Assembly: GCA_034521595.1 (NCBI GenBank) | Contig: JAXHMG010000003.1 | Coordinates: 2,688,001 to 2,752,000, forward strand | From: Gemmatimonadota bacterium | GTDB lineage: Bacteria > Gemmatimonadota > Gemmatimonadetes > Longimicrobiales > Gaopeijiaceae | Length of the DNA stretch: 64,000 nucleotides | Reading direction: 5' to 3' | Shown here: one piece after another, positions 40,014-49,063 of the stretch | Layout of the letters: the number at the start of each line of letters is the position of its first letter | Numbering within the stretch: position 1 is the stretch's first letter | Program-made: the position numbers and the translations under genes | Notes under the pieces: model-generated | What the model was told of the DNA's origin: nothing | Seen by the model: the letters and a program-made list of their open reading frames with translations, nothing else | Databases searched by the model: none

Positions 40014-40529
40014 ATGACCCCGAACGAGCTCGGGGACAATCTCGCCCGCCTGGTCTGGGAGAGCTTTTCCGACTTCGTCTCACGAGAGGACGTCGAAACA
40101 CCCCTCCCGGATATCGATGCCCTGTATGACGACGATGGTAGCGCGCATCGCACAACCGAGGAAGCGCTGATCTTCTTCATGTGGGCCCACACACGGGGCG
40201 CGCAGCTGGCGTTCCTGGGGCGGGCGCCCGACGAGCTCATCCGCGAAGGGCTCGACGCGATGCACCGGGCGGTGTTCGAAGACATGACCGAGCACGGAAC
40301 CCCCGAAGCGCAGATTCCGCTCTTCGAGCAGCGGGTCAGCGCGCGGTACGCCGAATACCATCAGGCGGCCGCGGAGTCGGACGTCCGGCTGGGACAGGCG
40401 GCGTCGAGGCATCTGAGCGGAGCCGAGGAAGGCCCGGCCCTCTCGGAAGCGCTCCGAGAGCGCGCGGTGGCGGTCGCCAACCCGCTGCGGGATTTCCTCG
40501 AGGACGTGGAGTTGGTCAGGGAAGGTTAG
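40014..40529 (+). CDS. Hypothetical protein
   Basis: Typical codon usage; EEALIFFMWAHTRG, FEQRVSARYAEY. Confidence 0.7.
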   Translation: MTPNELGDNLARLVWESFSDFVSREDVETPLPDIDALYDDDGSAHRTTEEALIFFMWAHTRGAQLAFLGRAPDELIREGLDAMHRAVFEDMTEHGTPEAQIPLFEQRVSARYAEYHQAAAESDVRLGQAASRHLSGAEEGPALSEALRERAVAVANPLRDFLEDVELVREG

Positions 40530-40565
40530 CGGGGTGTTGCGGAGTGCGCTGGGCCGAGGTTGCCA

Positions 40566-41252
40566 CTAGCGTCCAGGGTCGAACTCCAGACCGGCGAGGA
40601 AGGAGAATGCTCGGTTGTTGGCATTCCCGCGAGAGCCCACGGAAACGGATCTCAGCCCCCATTCACGCCGCGCCGATATCGTCACAGCCAGTGAGCCACC
40701 GAGGTCCAGCTTCGCTCCGGCACCCGCGACGACCCCTACGTCACCCCATCCGGGACGTATGGAGACTGTGTCACAGCCGACAGTATCGGGATCGTCTGGT
40801 TCCAAGAAGGGCACCACGTTGACCCTGCAGTCCAAACGTACGCCCACGTACGGGCCGACGTGAACGCGTGGCGTGAACCGACCGTAGGACGGCAGCTCAA
40901 ACTGAAGCAGTACGGGAGCTTCGAGGTATCGAATCCTGACCCGGTATCCAAAGTCTCCGCGCACGGGTTCGTGCGCTCCCTTTTCGGCATACACGCCCGC
41001 GACGAGCACGCTCAGCTCACCGGAGATCGGAAACCGAGTGTTCACCTCGAAGCGGATTCCGGTGAGAGGTTGGGTATCGTCACGTTCGTACTCAGAGCCA
41101 CGCCAGTTTGCGGATACAACACCGGCCGAGACCCCGACGGGTTGACCAATCTGGGCGCTCAGGCTCTCGGCAAGGGCACCGAAAAACAGGGTTACAACCG
41201 TACAGCCCACCAGCCTCCCGGCCCAGCCCTGACGACGACCGAGAGACATCAT
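40566..41252 (-). CDS. Outer-membrane beta-barrel (porin-like / OMP_b-brl_2) protein
   Basis: Signal peptide; YAEKG, YLEAPVLL, HVGPYVG, NRAFSFLAGLEF; ATGA coupling to the S8 gene. Confidence 0.75.
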   Translation of the reverse strand: MMSLGRRQGWAGRLVGCTVVTLFFGALAESLSAQIGQPVGVSAGVVSANWRGSEYERDDTQPLTGIRFEVNTRFPISGELSVLVAGVYAEKGAHEPVRGDFGYRVRIRYLEAPVLLQFELPSYGRFTPRVHVGPYVGVRLDCRVNVVPFLEPDDPDTVGCDTVSIRPGWGDVGVVAGAGAKLDLGGSLAVTISARREWGLRSVSVGSRGNANNRAFSFLAGLEFDPGR

Positions 41253-43147
41253 CCGCCCCCACCCCGACGCTCAGGGGCTTCGGGGCCACCACCAATGTTG
41301 TTGAAGACGACGACCGTGTCCGCGACAGCGTCCGGATCGGATCCGTTCACGGTCACCGAAATGTCGAAGTGTGGGTCGGACTCACCGACCCACCGAGCGT
41401 AGGAGTCGGATGAGCCCACGGTGCTGCAACTGGGATCGCACTCGGTCCACGAGTACGAGTAGCTACCGCTCCCGCCGGATGGGAACGCTTGGTACGTGTA
41501 GTAGCCAGCTGTCTGGATATTGTTCTCACCCGTGACGTATACGGACAGGGGCTCGCAAGGGTCGTGCTGACTGAGAACGCAATAGGCATCCACGAACCCA
41601 TGGCCGTAGGAGTCGTCCCGACCGCCTGGGCCCAGATCCCGGGCGTGTTCCTGCAGCTCATCTCGCAGGTCCGAGGCACTCCAACCGGGAAACTTCTCGA
41701 GCGCCAGACGCGCCACGCCGACCGCCCCTGGCGCCGCGAACGAGGTACCATCTTCGACTGAAGTATACTCCTGGCTCCCGCTGCGGTCGTCCTCGCGGTT
41801 CCACGATACTCGGATCGACTCACCGGGCCCCACCAGCTCGAGCTGATCTCCCGTTCTCGAGAACCAAGAGAGGTCAAGCGATGAGTCCACAGAACCCACG
41901 GCCACGACCTCAGGGAAGGCCCCCGGCAACTTGACTGGCCCGTGCGCTCCGGTATCGTCATTTCCTGCGGCGGAGAACCAAAGGACGTTGTCGTCAAGCG
42001 CGGCGGACTTGAACTCGTCGTGCAGCCCCTGGTACGACAACGTGTCGTCAATGGACGTGCCGGACGGTCCCACTCCCGTGACGGCAACGCGCACGTCGAC
42101 CGAGTAGTTGTCCCAGTACTCCGTGATGAAGGATACGGCATCGCGCATACCCGCCACGTCCAGTGCTTGGTGATCTTGGGGGCTGATCGGGTCGTATGTC
42201 ACCTTGAAGATGATCGTCGGGCTTGATCCGCTGGCGAACGGGGCGATACCGACGGAACCGACCGAGTTGTTGGTCGCGAGCACCGTCCCGAGCACCCCCG
42301 TTCCGTGGTAGTGGTGGGCGGGTGCGTTGTAGCGACCCTCATAACACCAATGCTCGGTCACAGGGTTGCCGCACGGCTGGTCGGCGTACTCCAGGGTGGG
42401 GTTGGCGAAGAGGACGCTATGGTCAATGAGGTCGGGATGATTGGTGCCAAACAGGTCCGCGCCCGTATCCATCATTCCTACGTTGGCACCGTCACCAGTG
42501 TACCCGATATCCCATGCAAGGTCTGCACGAGTCGCCTCGATTCCCCACGAACTCCATTGGGTGGGATTCACACGAGCGTCGTCGACTGCCCGAACGGTGC
42601 TGTCAGCGGTGTGGGGGACGACCGCCTCGTGAGGGCCGCCCACGGTGTAGTTCGGCTCAAGGTAGGAGACGTTCGGATGGTCCAAGAGTTGCCGCAAGAA
42701 CACGGTGTCCCTTGGTGCCGTGACCGTCAGGTAAGTCCGGTAGATCGTATCCACCTGCTCCTGACCGTCCAGGTACGTCGTTATCGGACCTGCGACAGGC
42801 TTGACAACCTCCAGTCCCGGAAACGCCGCCCGGACCTCGCTCCCGGCATCTAGTCGCGCCTCCACGGGAAGCTTCAGGCCATCAGTGCTCACTCCGCGGA
42901 CGGCCTCTTGCTCTTTCAGATTCACGAACATCAGGCCGCTACTCACCGTGGAATCCCTCGTATCCGAAACGATTCGGTCAAGGGCCATCTGACTGCGGGG
43001 CGTTTGCTCCACAACCGTGGGCCCGCTCCCAGCGTGATCATCGACGGGCTCCAATGGCTGACCAAGATCGCAAGCGGCTGTGAGCGTCAAAATCATCAGT
43101 CCCACGACCATCTTGGATCTCTGGTGTCGTCGCGTGTCGTACCGCAT
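41249..43147 (-). CDS. S8 family (subtilisin-like) serine peptidase, lipoprotein, with C-terminal Ig/PKD-like domain
   Basis: Lipobox LTAAC; catalytic triad MMDTG, HGTGVLG, GTSFAAP; oxyanion AAGN; DLGPGGRDDSYGHG; PSGGSGSYSYSW. Confidence 0.92.
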   Translation of the reverse strand: MRYDTRRHQRSKMVVGLMILTLTAACDLGQPLEPVDDHAGSGPTVVEQTPRSQMALDRIVSDTRDSTVSSGLMFVNLKEQEAVRGVSTDGLKLPVEARLDAGSEVRAAFPGLEVVKPVAGPITTYLDGQEQVDTIYRTYLTVTAPRDTVFLRQLLDHPNVSYLEPNYTVGGPHEAVVPHTADSTVRAVDDARVNPTQWSSWGIEATRADLAWDIGYTGDGANVGMMDTGADLFGTNHPDLIDHSVLFANPTLEYADQPCGNPVTEHWCYEGRYNAPAHHYHGTGVLGTVLATNNSVGSVGIAPFASGSSPTIIFKVTYDPISPQDHQALDVAGMRDAVSFITEYWDNYSVDVRVAVTGVGPSGTSIDDTLSYQGLHDEFKSAALDDNVLWFSAAGNDDTGAHGPVKLPGAFPEVVAVGSVDSSLDLSWFSRTGDQLELVGPGESIRVSWNREDDRSGSQEYTSVEDGTSFAAPGAVGVARLALEKFPGWSASDLRDELQEHARDLGPGGRDDSYGHGFVDAYCVLSQHDPCEPLSVYVTGENNIQTAGYYTYQAFPSGGSGSYSYSWTECDPSCSTVGSSDSYARWVGESDPHFDISVTVNGSDPDAVADTVVVFNNIGGGPEAPERRGGGG

Positions 43148-43410
43148 CTCGGGCTCCGGAATCGCGAGTCGCTGGTAGCCTTCCAAGGTCGTTCACCACC
43201 AGACTACCGTGCTTCCGTGCGGGCCGCGTCCACGATTCCGGACCAATCCCACGTATCGGACATGGAGACCGGATCGCTTCCGGAGCCGACGAGCCCCGGC
43301 CCGGGAATGCCTTACAAACCGCTGACGCAGCATGACTCGCCCCCGCGGCCTCGGTCGGCTAGTAGTGAAGGCAAGCAAACGACGTTGCAGGGCTTCCTGG
43401 GGAGGGTCGC

Positions 43411-44214
43411 GTGTCGCCAGCCGACGTGGATTCACGCAGCGTCCTCGTGTGCCGGCCTAGGGATGCGGGCGAGATGGAGCTCGTCGGTTATCACCGGATC
43501 CGACGCCACCTCCGAGGTGCGTTCGACCTGGTCACCGCCGTTCGTCCGGATGGAGCGGTGTCTGAAGCATCGAAGGCCGACGCCGTGGTCGCGTACGAGC
43601 CACACCTGGATCGCCGCACGGCGGCTTTCGTCGAGACGATCGGGGTGGCTTGCTCCGGGGGTCTGGTGCTCGTAACGCCCTTCGATGCACCGGGCCTGAG
43701 GCATCTGGCACCCGTGCGCATCGATGCCGTGATCTTCGAAGAGGAGATCGACCAGCGGTTGATTCCGGCGGTCGACGACGCATGCCGCCTCACTACGATT
43801 CTCTCGGCGATCGCCCGCTGCGAAGAACGAGATGGGCCTCTGCCCGGGGTGGTGGGAGCCGGTCTCGAACGCTTGGCCCGGGACGCGTGCTCGGGACAGG
43901 ACTACGTGGGATCCTTGCGAGCGCTGGCGGATCGTGTGGGCTGTTCGGTCGGCTATCTCCGGGGCGTGCTGCGTAGACGGGACATCCGCGGGTCTGAGCT
44001 CGTCAGGCTATGCTTCTTGCTATCCGCGCTACGGGCCCGTCAGAGTGGATCAGCTTGGGAGCGTGTGGCTCTGAGACACGGCTATCGTTCGGTGAGTGGT
44101 CTCTCCGAAGCGTTCCTCCGAAGGTTCGGCAAGCGTACGAGCCACCTCGACGCCGCACTTCAGGTGCCGGTCGTCGTTGCCAGCATCTGCGCGTGTCTCG
44201 AGGGCGACCCTTGA
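43411..44214 (+). CDS. AraC-like HTH transcriptional regulator
   Basis: LRALADRVGCSVGYLR and WERVALRHGYRSVSGLSEAFLRRFG (two HTHs); divergent from the S8 gene. Confidence 0.7.
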   Translation: MSPADVDSRSVLVCRPRDAGEMELVGYHRIRRHLRGAFDLVTAVRPDGAVSEASKADAVVAYEPHLDRRTAAFVETIGVACSGGLVLVTPFDAPGLRHLAPVRIDAVIFEEEIDQRLIPAVDDACRLTTILSAIARCEERDGPLPGVVGAGLERLARDACSGQDYVGSLRALADRVGCSVGYLRGVLRRRDIRGSELVRLCFLLSALRARQSGSAWERVALRHGYRSVSGLSEAFLRRFGKRTSHLDAALQVPVVVASICACLEGDP

Positions 44215-44236
44215 GGTGAGCCCGCGACGGGTCGGC

Positions 44237-44479
44237 TCAGCGCCTCCACCGCATGATCTCGAACGGGCTCCCGCACGCCCGACACCAGTACGTGCTCACC
44301 GACGCGTGCGACCCGAACGCGTTCATGATCTCGGTCTCCTGGCCGTCACAGAACGGACAGGGCGGCGCGGTGGGCAACGAGTCGGGAGACTCCTCCCTGC
44401 GCGCCTCGGCGTCGTCGGCCTCGTCGCGGGCCGTGTCGGGAAGTCCCGAGCGCCGGAAGGGAGGGGGTGTCGGGGTCAT
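44237..44479 (-). CDS. Stand-alone PaaD-like zinc-ribbon protein
   Basis: CPFCDG..FGSHAS..YWCRACGSPFE; ATGA coupling to the paaC-like gene. Confidence 0.8.
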   Translation of the reverse strand: MTPTPPPFRRSGLPDTARDEADDAEARREESPDSLPTAPPCPFCDGQETEIMNAFGSHASVSTYWCRACGSPFEIMRWRR

Positions 44480-45273
44480 TCGACGAAGAGCGCGCGATTC
44501 CGGTCGCCTCGTGCCCGCTCGATGGTGTCCTGGTCGGGATGGCCGGGTCTTCGGCCACGCTCCGCGTCCCACTCGTCGGTGGCCGGCTCGACCGCGTCGA
44601 CATCCACACCGCCCGCGGCGAGCACGTCCCGAACATAGTCGCGGAACGTCGTGACCTGGTCGGCGCCGGGCTCGGTGCCCCCGGCGTCCACGAGCGTCCT
44701 GGCCGGACCGTCGTCCGTTCCCAGCCATGCGAGCGCTTCCGGCAGGAAGCGGTCGGTCGCTTCTCGCAGAAGCTTCTTGGCCTCGTCCGAGGAACTCGCC
44801 AACCGTCGATACCACGCGGCTCCGAGGCTGATGTGGAAGTCCTCCTCGGCGATCATCTTCGCGCACCGGTTCCGTGCCGACTCCAGGTTCCCGCGTGCGA
44901 ACGCCGCGATCGCGGTATAGAGCGCTCCGTCCACGACCACGATGCCTGCGACCGTGGCGGCCCAGTCCGGGAACGGCTCGTCCACGGACCCGATGTTCGC
45001 GTACTCCTCCGCGGGACGCTCGTGCTCGACCTCGACCGGATCGATATCGAGCTCCTTCAGCATCGCGTAGAGCAACCGGGCGTGGCCCCACTCGTCCTGG
45101 GTCATGGACGACATGGCGATTCCCGTCTCGACGGTCGGAGCACCCAGGTTCCAGTCGGAATAGCGGATGCCCAGAAGGCGCTTGCTGTCGGCCAGGCGGA
45201 GGATGTGGCGCGTCAGCGCGGAGCGGGTTTCCGTGTCGAGCGTTTTCAGATCCAGCACCGTGCCGGCGGTCAT
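44476..45273 (-). CDS. paaC: Phenylacetyl-CoA epoxidase subunit C-like (ferritin-like)
   Basis: LADSKRLLGIRYSDW..AP..E, QDEWGHARLLY, EEDFH; lies within a paaA/B/D-like cluster. Confidence 0.75.
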   Translation of the reverse strand: MTAGTVLDLKTLDTETRSALTRHILRLADSKRLLGIRYSDWNLGAPTVETGIAMSSMTQDEWGHARLLYAMLKELDIDPVEVEHERPAEEYANIGSVDEPFPDWAATVAGIVVVDGALYTAIAAFARGNLESARNRCAKMIAEEDFHISLGAAWYRRLASSSDEAKKLLREATDRFLPEALAWLGTDDGPARTLVDAGGTEPGADQVTTFRDYVRDVLAAGGVDVDAVEPATDEWDAERGRRPGHPDQDTIERARGDRNRALFVE

Positions 45274-45494
45274 GACGTCTCTCCGTGATTCCGGGCGAAC
45301 GGGCCTTCGGTGAGGTTCACGGGGATGATCTCGGAGCGAGGAACCACGCACATCTCGAACCAATTCTCTTCGGAGTACGTCGTCCACGCGTACACCTTGG
45401 CGGTATCGTCGTCGAGGGCGTCGATGTAGCCGATATGCGCGAGCATGTCGCCGCGGCTCTTGCGGGCGAACACGTCGTAGGTGATCTCCATCAT
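45270..45494 (-). CDS. paaB: Phenylacetyl-CoA epoxidase subunit B-like
   Basis: YDVFARKSRGD..HIGYIDA..AKVYAWTTY..MCVVPR; 74 aa; position in cluster. Confidence 0.7.
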   Translation of the reverse strand: MMEITYDVFARKSRGDMLAHIGYIDALDDDTAKVYAWTTYSEENWFEMCVVPRSEIIPVNLTEGPFARNHGETS

Positions 45495-45565
45495 CCGTTC
45501 GTTCGTCTCTCGTCTCGGCGCGCTCCGTCCGGGCCTCGGATACGGTCCGGCGGTTGGCGCGCGTC

Positions 45566-45991
45566 TCAGGCGGTGACCCCGAAGCGCTTCAGCGTCTCAC
45601 GGCCCTCGGGGGTGATCATCTCCGTCGTCCACGGGGGGCTCCAGACCTCTTCGATCTCGACCCTGTCGATCCAGGACTCGACCTCGAGCCGGTCCCGGAT
45701 GTCCTCGCGGATGAACTCCATGCACGGACAGGCGGTGGCCGTGAACGTCAACTCGATGCGCACCACACCGCCGTCGAGCTCCAAACCGTAGATGAGGCCC
45801 AGGTCCACGAGGCTGATCGGCAGCTCGGGGTCCAGGACTTCCTTCAGGGCGTCCCACGTCGCCTGGAGCGGATCGTCCGGGGGCTCGGACAACGGACCCG
45901 TCCACTGGTCTCGCCCGCCGCTCTTGTGCGACGTGACGGCCTGGGGCAGTCCGGCGTCACGCCCGGACGCGAGCGGAAGCACGGTCGACAC
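45566..45991 (-). CDS. paaD: DUF59 / PaaD-like metal-sulfur cluster assembly factor
   Basis: LKEVLDPELPISLVDLGLIY, TFTATACPC, WSPPWT..ITPEGR..L..FG. Confidence 0.75.
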   Translation of the reverse strand: MSTVLPLASGRDAGLPQAVTSHKSGGRDQWTGPLSEPPDDPLQATWDALKEVLDPELPISLVDLGLIYGLELDGGVVRIELTFTATACPCMEFIREDIRDRLEVESWIDRVEIEEVWSPPWTTEMITPEGRETLKRFGVTA

Positions 45992-45993
45992 GC

Positions 45994-46944
45994 TCAGGCC
46001 GCCCGGCCGTTCAGCCAGCGGTCCACGTCACCGCGGGAGCGCTGGATCGACTCCACGTAGGCCTGGTTCATCGGTCCACGCGCCTTCCAACGCTCGAAGA
46101 CCCGCTCCCAGGGGATCTCTCCTTCCTCGAACAGCCACCGCTTCTCTTCCTCGCTGTAGTGGCAGGGGAAGGGGAAGTCGAGCACGTACTTGTTCTCCGC
46201 TTCGTCCCAGTGCGCGGGCACGTCGAGTCCGAGCTCCTCGCACAACGGAACCGTCGACGACATCCAGACCTGGCGGAGCTGATCGTTGGTGAGCCCCTTG
46301 AGCCGGTAGTCGAGCTGACCGGAGTGACGCTTCATGTCGTCCGGGAGCCCGAACCACTCGATGGTCATCGGGAACATCCAGTCCACCGAGCGCTGGACCA
46401 GCTCGCGGGCTTCCCCTCCGGCCTTCGTGAGGCGTCGCATCCAGACCTCGCCGTGCCGCAAGTGGAAGGTCTCCTCCATGCTGATCTTGACCAACGCACG
46501 CTTGAGCGGTCCGTACGACGTGTTCTCGTGGACATCGGCGAGCAGGGTGATGCCGGCACGGTCGAAGAACCCGGTGGCGACCACGAGCTCCGCCCAGTTG
46601 TCGAGCGGTTGGTCGAACCCGTACGGGTGCTTGAACTCGTGCGGCTCACGCCCGTAGACGAGGTGCTCTTTCGACTCGCCGAGATCCTCGAGGAGGCGGT
46701 AGGCGATGTTGGCGTGCGCCAGCTCGTCCTGGATGATCGCGTGCGCGGCCACCTGCGTGTTGTTGGACGGCGCATACCGGGCCGCCATCCAGTACGCGGG
46801 CGCGCTCATGAGCTCCGTGTCGGCCTGCACCGTGAGCTGGCCCCTGAGCGCCTTCTTGTACCCCTCGGTCATCTCTTCGGGGCTTTCGACGATGTAACCG
46901 TCCTGGACCTTCTGCTTGAGCTCGTCGTCGGTAAACGCTGTCAT
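45994..46944 (-). CDS. paaA: Phenylacetyl-CoA epoxidase catalytic subunit A-like (di-iron)
   Basis: EEMTEGYK, QADTE, QDELAH, TSYGP..RAL, EETFH, TNDQLRQ.W. Confidence 0.82.
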   Translation of the reverse strand: MTAFTDDELKQKVQDGYIVESPEEMTEGYKKALRGQLTVQADTELMSAPAYWMAARYAPSNNTQVAAHAIIQDELAHANIAYRLLEDLGESKEHLVYGREPHEFKHPYGFDQPLDNWAELVVATGFFDRAGITLLADVHENTSYGPLKRALVKISMEETFHLRHGEVWMRRLTKAGGEARELVQRSVDWMFPMTIEWFGLPDDMKRHSGQLDYRLKGLTNDQLRQVWMSSTVPLCEELGLDVPAHWDEAENKYVLDFPFPCHYSEEEKRWLFEEGEIPWERVFERWKARGPMNQAYVESIQRSRGDVDRWLNGRAA

Positions 46945-46998
46945 GGTCGCCCTCTCCGGTATGACACTTTCGCCTCGACGGACGAAAGAGTGTAATAT

Positions 46999-47026
46999 AA
47001 TCTAGCGGGCCCGGCCCGACGGGCAA
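46999..47026 (-). promoter_or_regulatory. Putative sigma70-type promoter of the paa-like operon
   Basis: Minus strand TTGCCC-N16-TAGATT, followed by AT-rich ATATTACACT; a conspicuous AT patch in high-GC DNA. Confidence 0.35.
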
Positions 47027-47086
47027 TCCCCGTACGCTCGACCGGGTACCGGACGCGCCCCGCGCGAGCGCGGGACACGAGGTCGG

Positions 47087-47386
47087 TCACAAGCCCAGGG
47101 AAGACCGTACGAGCGGGTTCATGCGCTCCGGGCTCCAGGGAGGGTCGAACGTGAGTTGGACGTCGGCGCTGTCGACACCGTCCACGCCCAGGATCGCCTC
47201 CTTGGCCTGCTCGACGATCTCGCCCGCTACCGGGCACATCGGAGACGTCAGCGACATGACGGTCTTCACGTCACCCCCGTCCACTTCGATGTCGTAGATG
47301 AGCCCCAGGACGACTAGATCGATCCCCAACTCGGGATCCTTCACGCCCTTGAGCGCTGTCTGGATATCCTTCTCTGTGACCGCCAT
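47087..47386 (-). CDS. DUF59 / SufT-like Fe-S assembly factor
   Basis: VKDPELGIDLVVLGLIY, MSLTSPMCP, FDPPWSPERM. Confidence 0.9.
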   Translation of the reverse strand: MAVTEKDIQTALKGVKDPELGIDLVVLGLIYDIEVDGGDVKTVMSLTSPMCPVAGEIVEQAKEAILGVDGVDSADVQLTFDPPWSPERMNPLVRSSLGL

Positions 47387-47477
47387 GGTCGGTACCTCTA
47401 ACTAGAGTTCGCGCGGAGGCGTCGAACCTTGCTGTACCGCGCACCCCCGGGGAATGATCCGGAGCAACGCCCTGAGC

Positions 47478-48854
47478 TCACCCCGACCGAGACGCACCAT
47501 CCGGATCGAGCGAAGCATCGAACGCCGCGGCCGCCTTGGCGATGACGTCCGAGCCCGACCGATCCTCGCCTTCCGCCGCTCCCGCACGGGTGACGAGGGT
47601 GGCCGTGATGTCGAAGACGCCTTCGACACCCGCATCGGATTCCCGCACGCGCGCGACGAGCGCATCCAGCCGCGCCCTCGCGCTCGCGAACGTGCCTCCC
47701 TCGGCGAGGAACTTGCGGCCCAGGATGACCGAATCGCTCGGTCCCTCCGCGAACGCGAGCAGGTGATCGCCCTCACCGAGGCTCAGGCGGACCGACCGGT
47801 ACTCCAGCTCGTCGTCCGAGCCGAGCGCCGGAGCGTCGGGCACCAAATCCTCGTGCGCCCCGTTCGCCCGGACGACGGTGCCCCCGACCCCTCCCGCGCT
47901 CGCCCACTCGACCCCATCCTCGGAAAGAGCGGCGAGCCCACAGCTCACCGCGCCCGATATACCTTCGACCCATCCGGCCCGGAGCCCGCGGTTCACACGG
48001 GCCAACAACGCTCCGAGATCGGGCAACGGATCCTCCGCGAAGTCCCTCAGGAGCCCTCGCACCGAGAGGAGCCGGTGGGCCGAGGACAGGCTGACCTGAT
48101 CCGCCTTGAGCACCGCCAGGGCAAGACGCCCGTCGGAGAGCAGAAACCAATCCCACGCCGCGGCACCCTCGCCGTGCTCGTGGGCGACGGTGCTGCCCGC
48201 CACGTCGAATCCCGGGAAGTTCGGCGTGCCGCGCGGAAGCAAGCGACCACGCACCATGCGGTTGTACTCCGACAGCGCCTCGCGCGGCGTTTCCCGGGGC
48301 GCATCCTTGTGGGCCAGCCGCACCGACGTGGCCCACAGCGCCTTCGAGAGATTCTTGAGGAGCCTCGCGGCGAGGGAGTCGGAATCGAGAAGCCCGAAGA
48401 AGGCATCCCGCGAGATTCCGATCAGGTAGCTCTGCTCGGGCACGTGCGCCGTCGCTGATCGGGGCGCTTCGTTGAGGAGCGCCATCTCGCCGAAGGCCTG
48501 GCCGGCACGCAACACGGCCAGACGCTCCCCGTCCTCGCCCCCCTTGGTGAGCTCGACCGACCCACGGACGACGACGTAGAAGTAATCCCCGGGCTCGCCC
48601 TCCTCGAACAACCGCGTGTCGGCTTCGAGGATCACGGGCTCGGCAATGGTCCGGAGGCGTTCGAAGTCCTCCTCGGGCAAACCATCGAAAAGCTCCACCT
48701 GCTTGAGGGCCGAGCCCACCTGGGCGCGCGTCTCCTCGACGACCAGCTCGCCGATCCTGTTGAGAGCTTCGTCGGAGATGCTCGCCAGCACGGGATTCGA
48801 GCGGAGCGATTCGAGTACGTCCGGCGGAACGGTATTGCTCGTTTCTGAGTCCAT
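47478..48854 (-). CDS. cNMP-binding domain plus degenerate SpoIIE/PP2C domain protein
   Basis: LFEEGEPGDYFYVVVRGSV, FGEMALLNEAPRSATA; C-terminal SpoIIE-like fold (WDWFLLSDGRLALAV, LLARVNRGL, WASAG, LGEGDHLLAFAEG, DIT). Confidence 0.82.
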   Translation of the reverse strand: MDSETSNTVPPDVLESLRSNPVLASISDEALNRIGELVVEETRAQVGSALKQVELFDGLPEEDFERLRTIAEPVILEADTRLFEEGEPGDYFYVVVRGSVELTKGGEDGERLAVLRAGQAFGEMALLNEAPRSATAHVPEQSYLIGISRDAFFGLLDSDSLAARLLKNLSKALWATSVRLAHKDAPRETPREALSEYNRMVRGRLLPRGTPNFPGFDVAGSTVAHEHGEGAAAWDWFLLSDGRLALAVLKADQVSLSSAHRLLSVRGLLRDFAEDPLPDLGALLARVNRGLRAGWVEGISGAVSCGLAALSEDGVEWASAGGVGGTVVRANGAHEDLVPDAPALGSDDELEYRSVRLSLGEGDHLLAFAEGPSDSVILGRKFLAEGGTFASARARLDALVARVRESDAGVEGVFDITATLVTRAGAAEGEDRSGSDVIAKAAAAFDASLDPDGASRSG

Positions 48855-49063
48855 GGACGGACACTCCCGCGTTCGATCGCATTCGTCAAGCTGCGCGCTC
48901 CACTCCGCCCGGAGCGGTGGCGGGCGGAACCCCGAATCCACCAGGAACCGCCGGCTGGAACCGCCGGGCGGACATGCCTCGCGAAGCGGCCGGGCACGCG
49001 TGTACATTGGGAAGCATACGCCCGGCCCCTCGAGGCTGCCACACGAATGGAGGAGCGAGCCGA

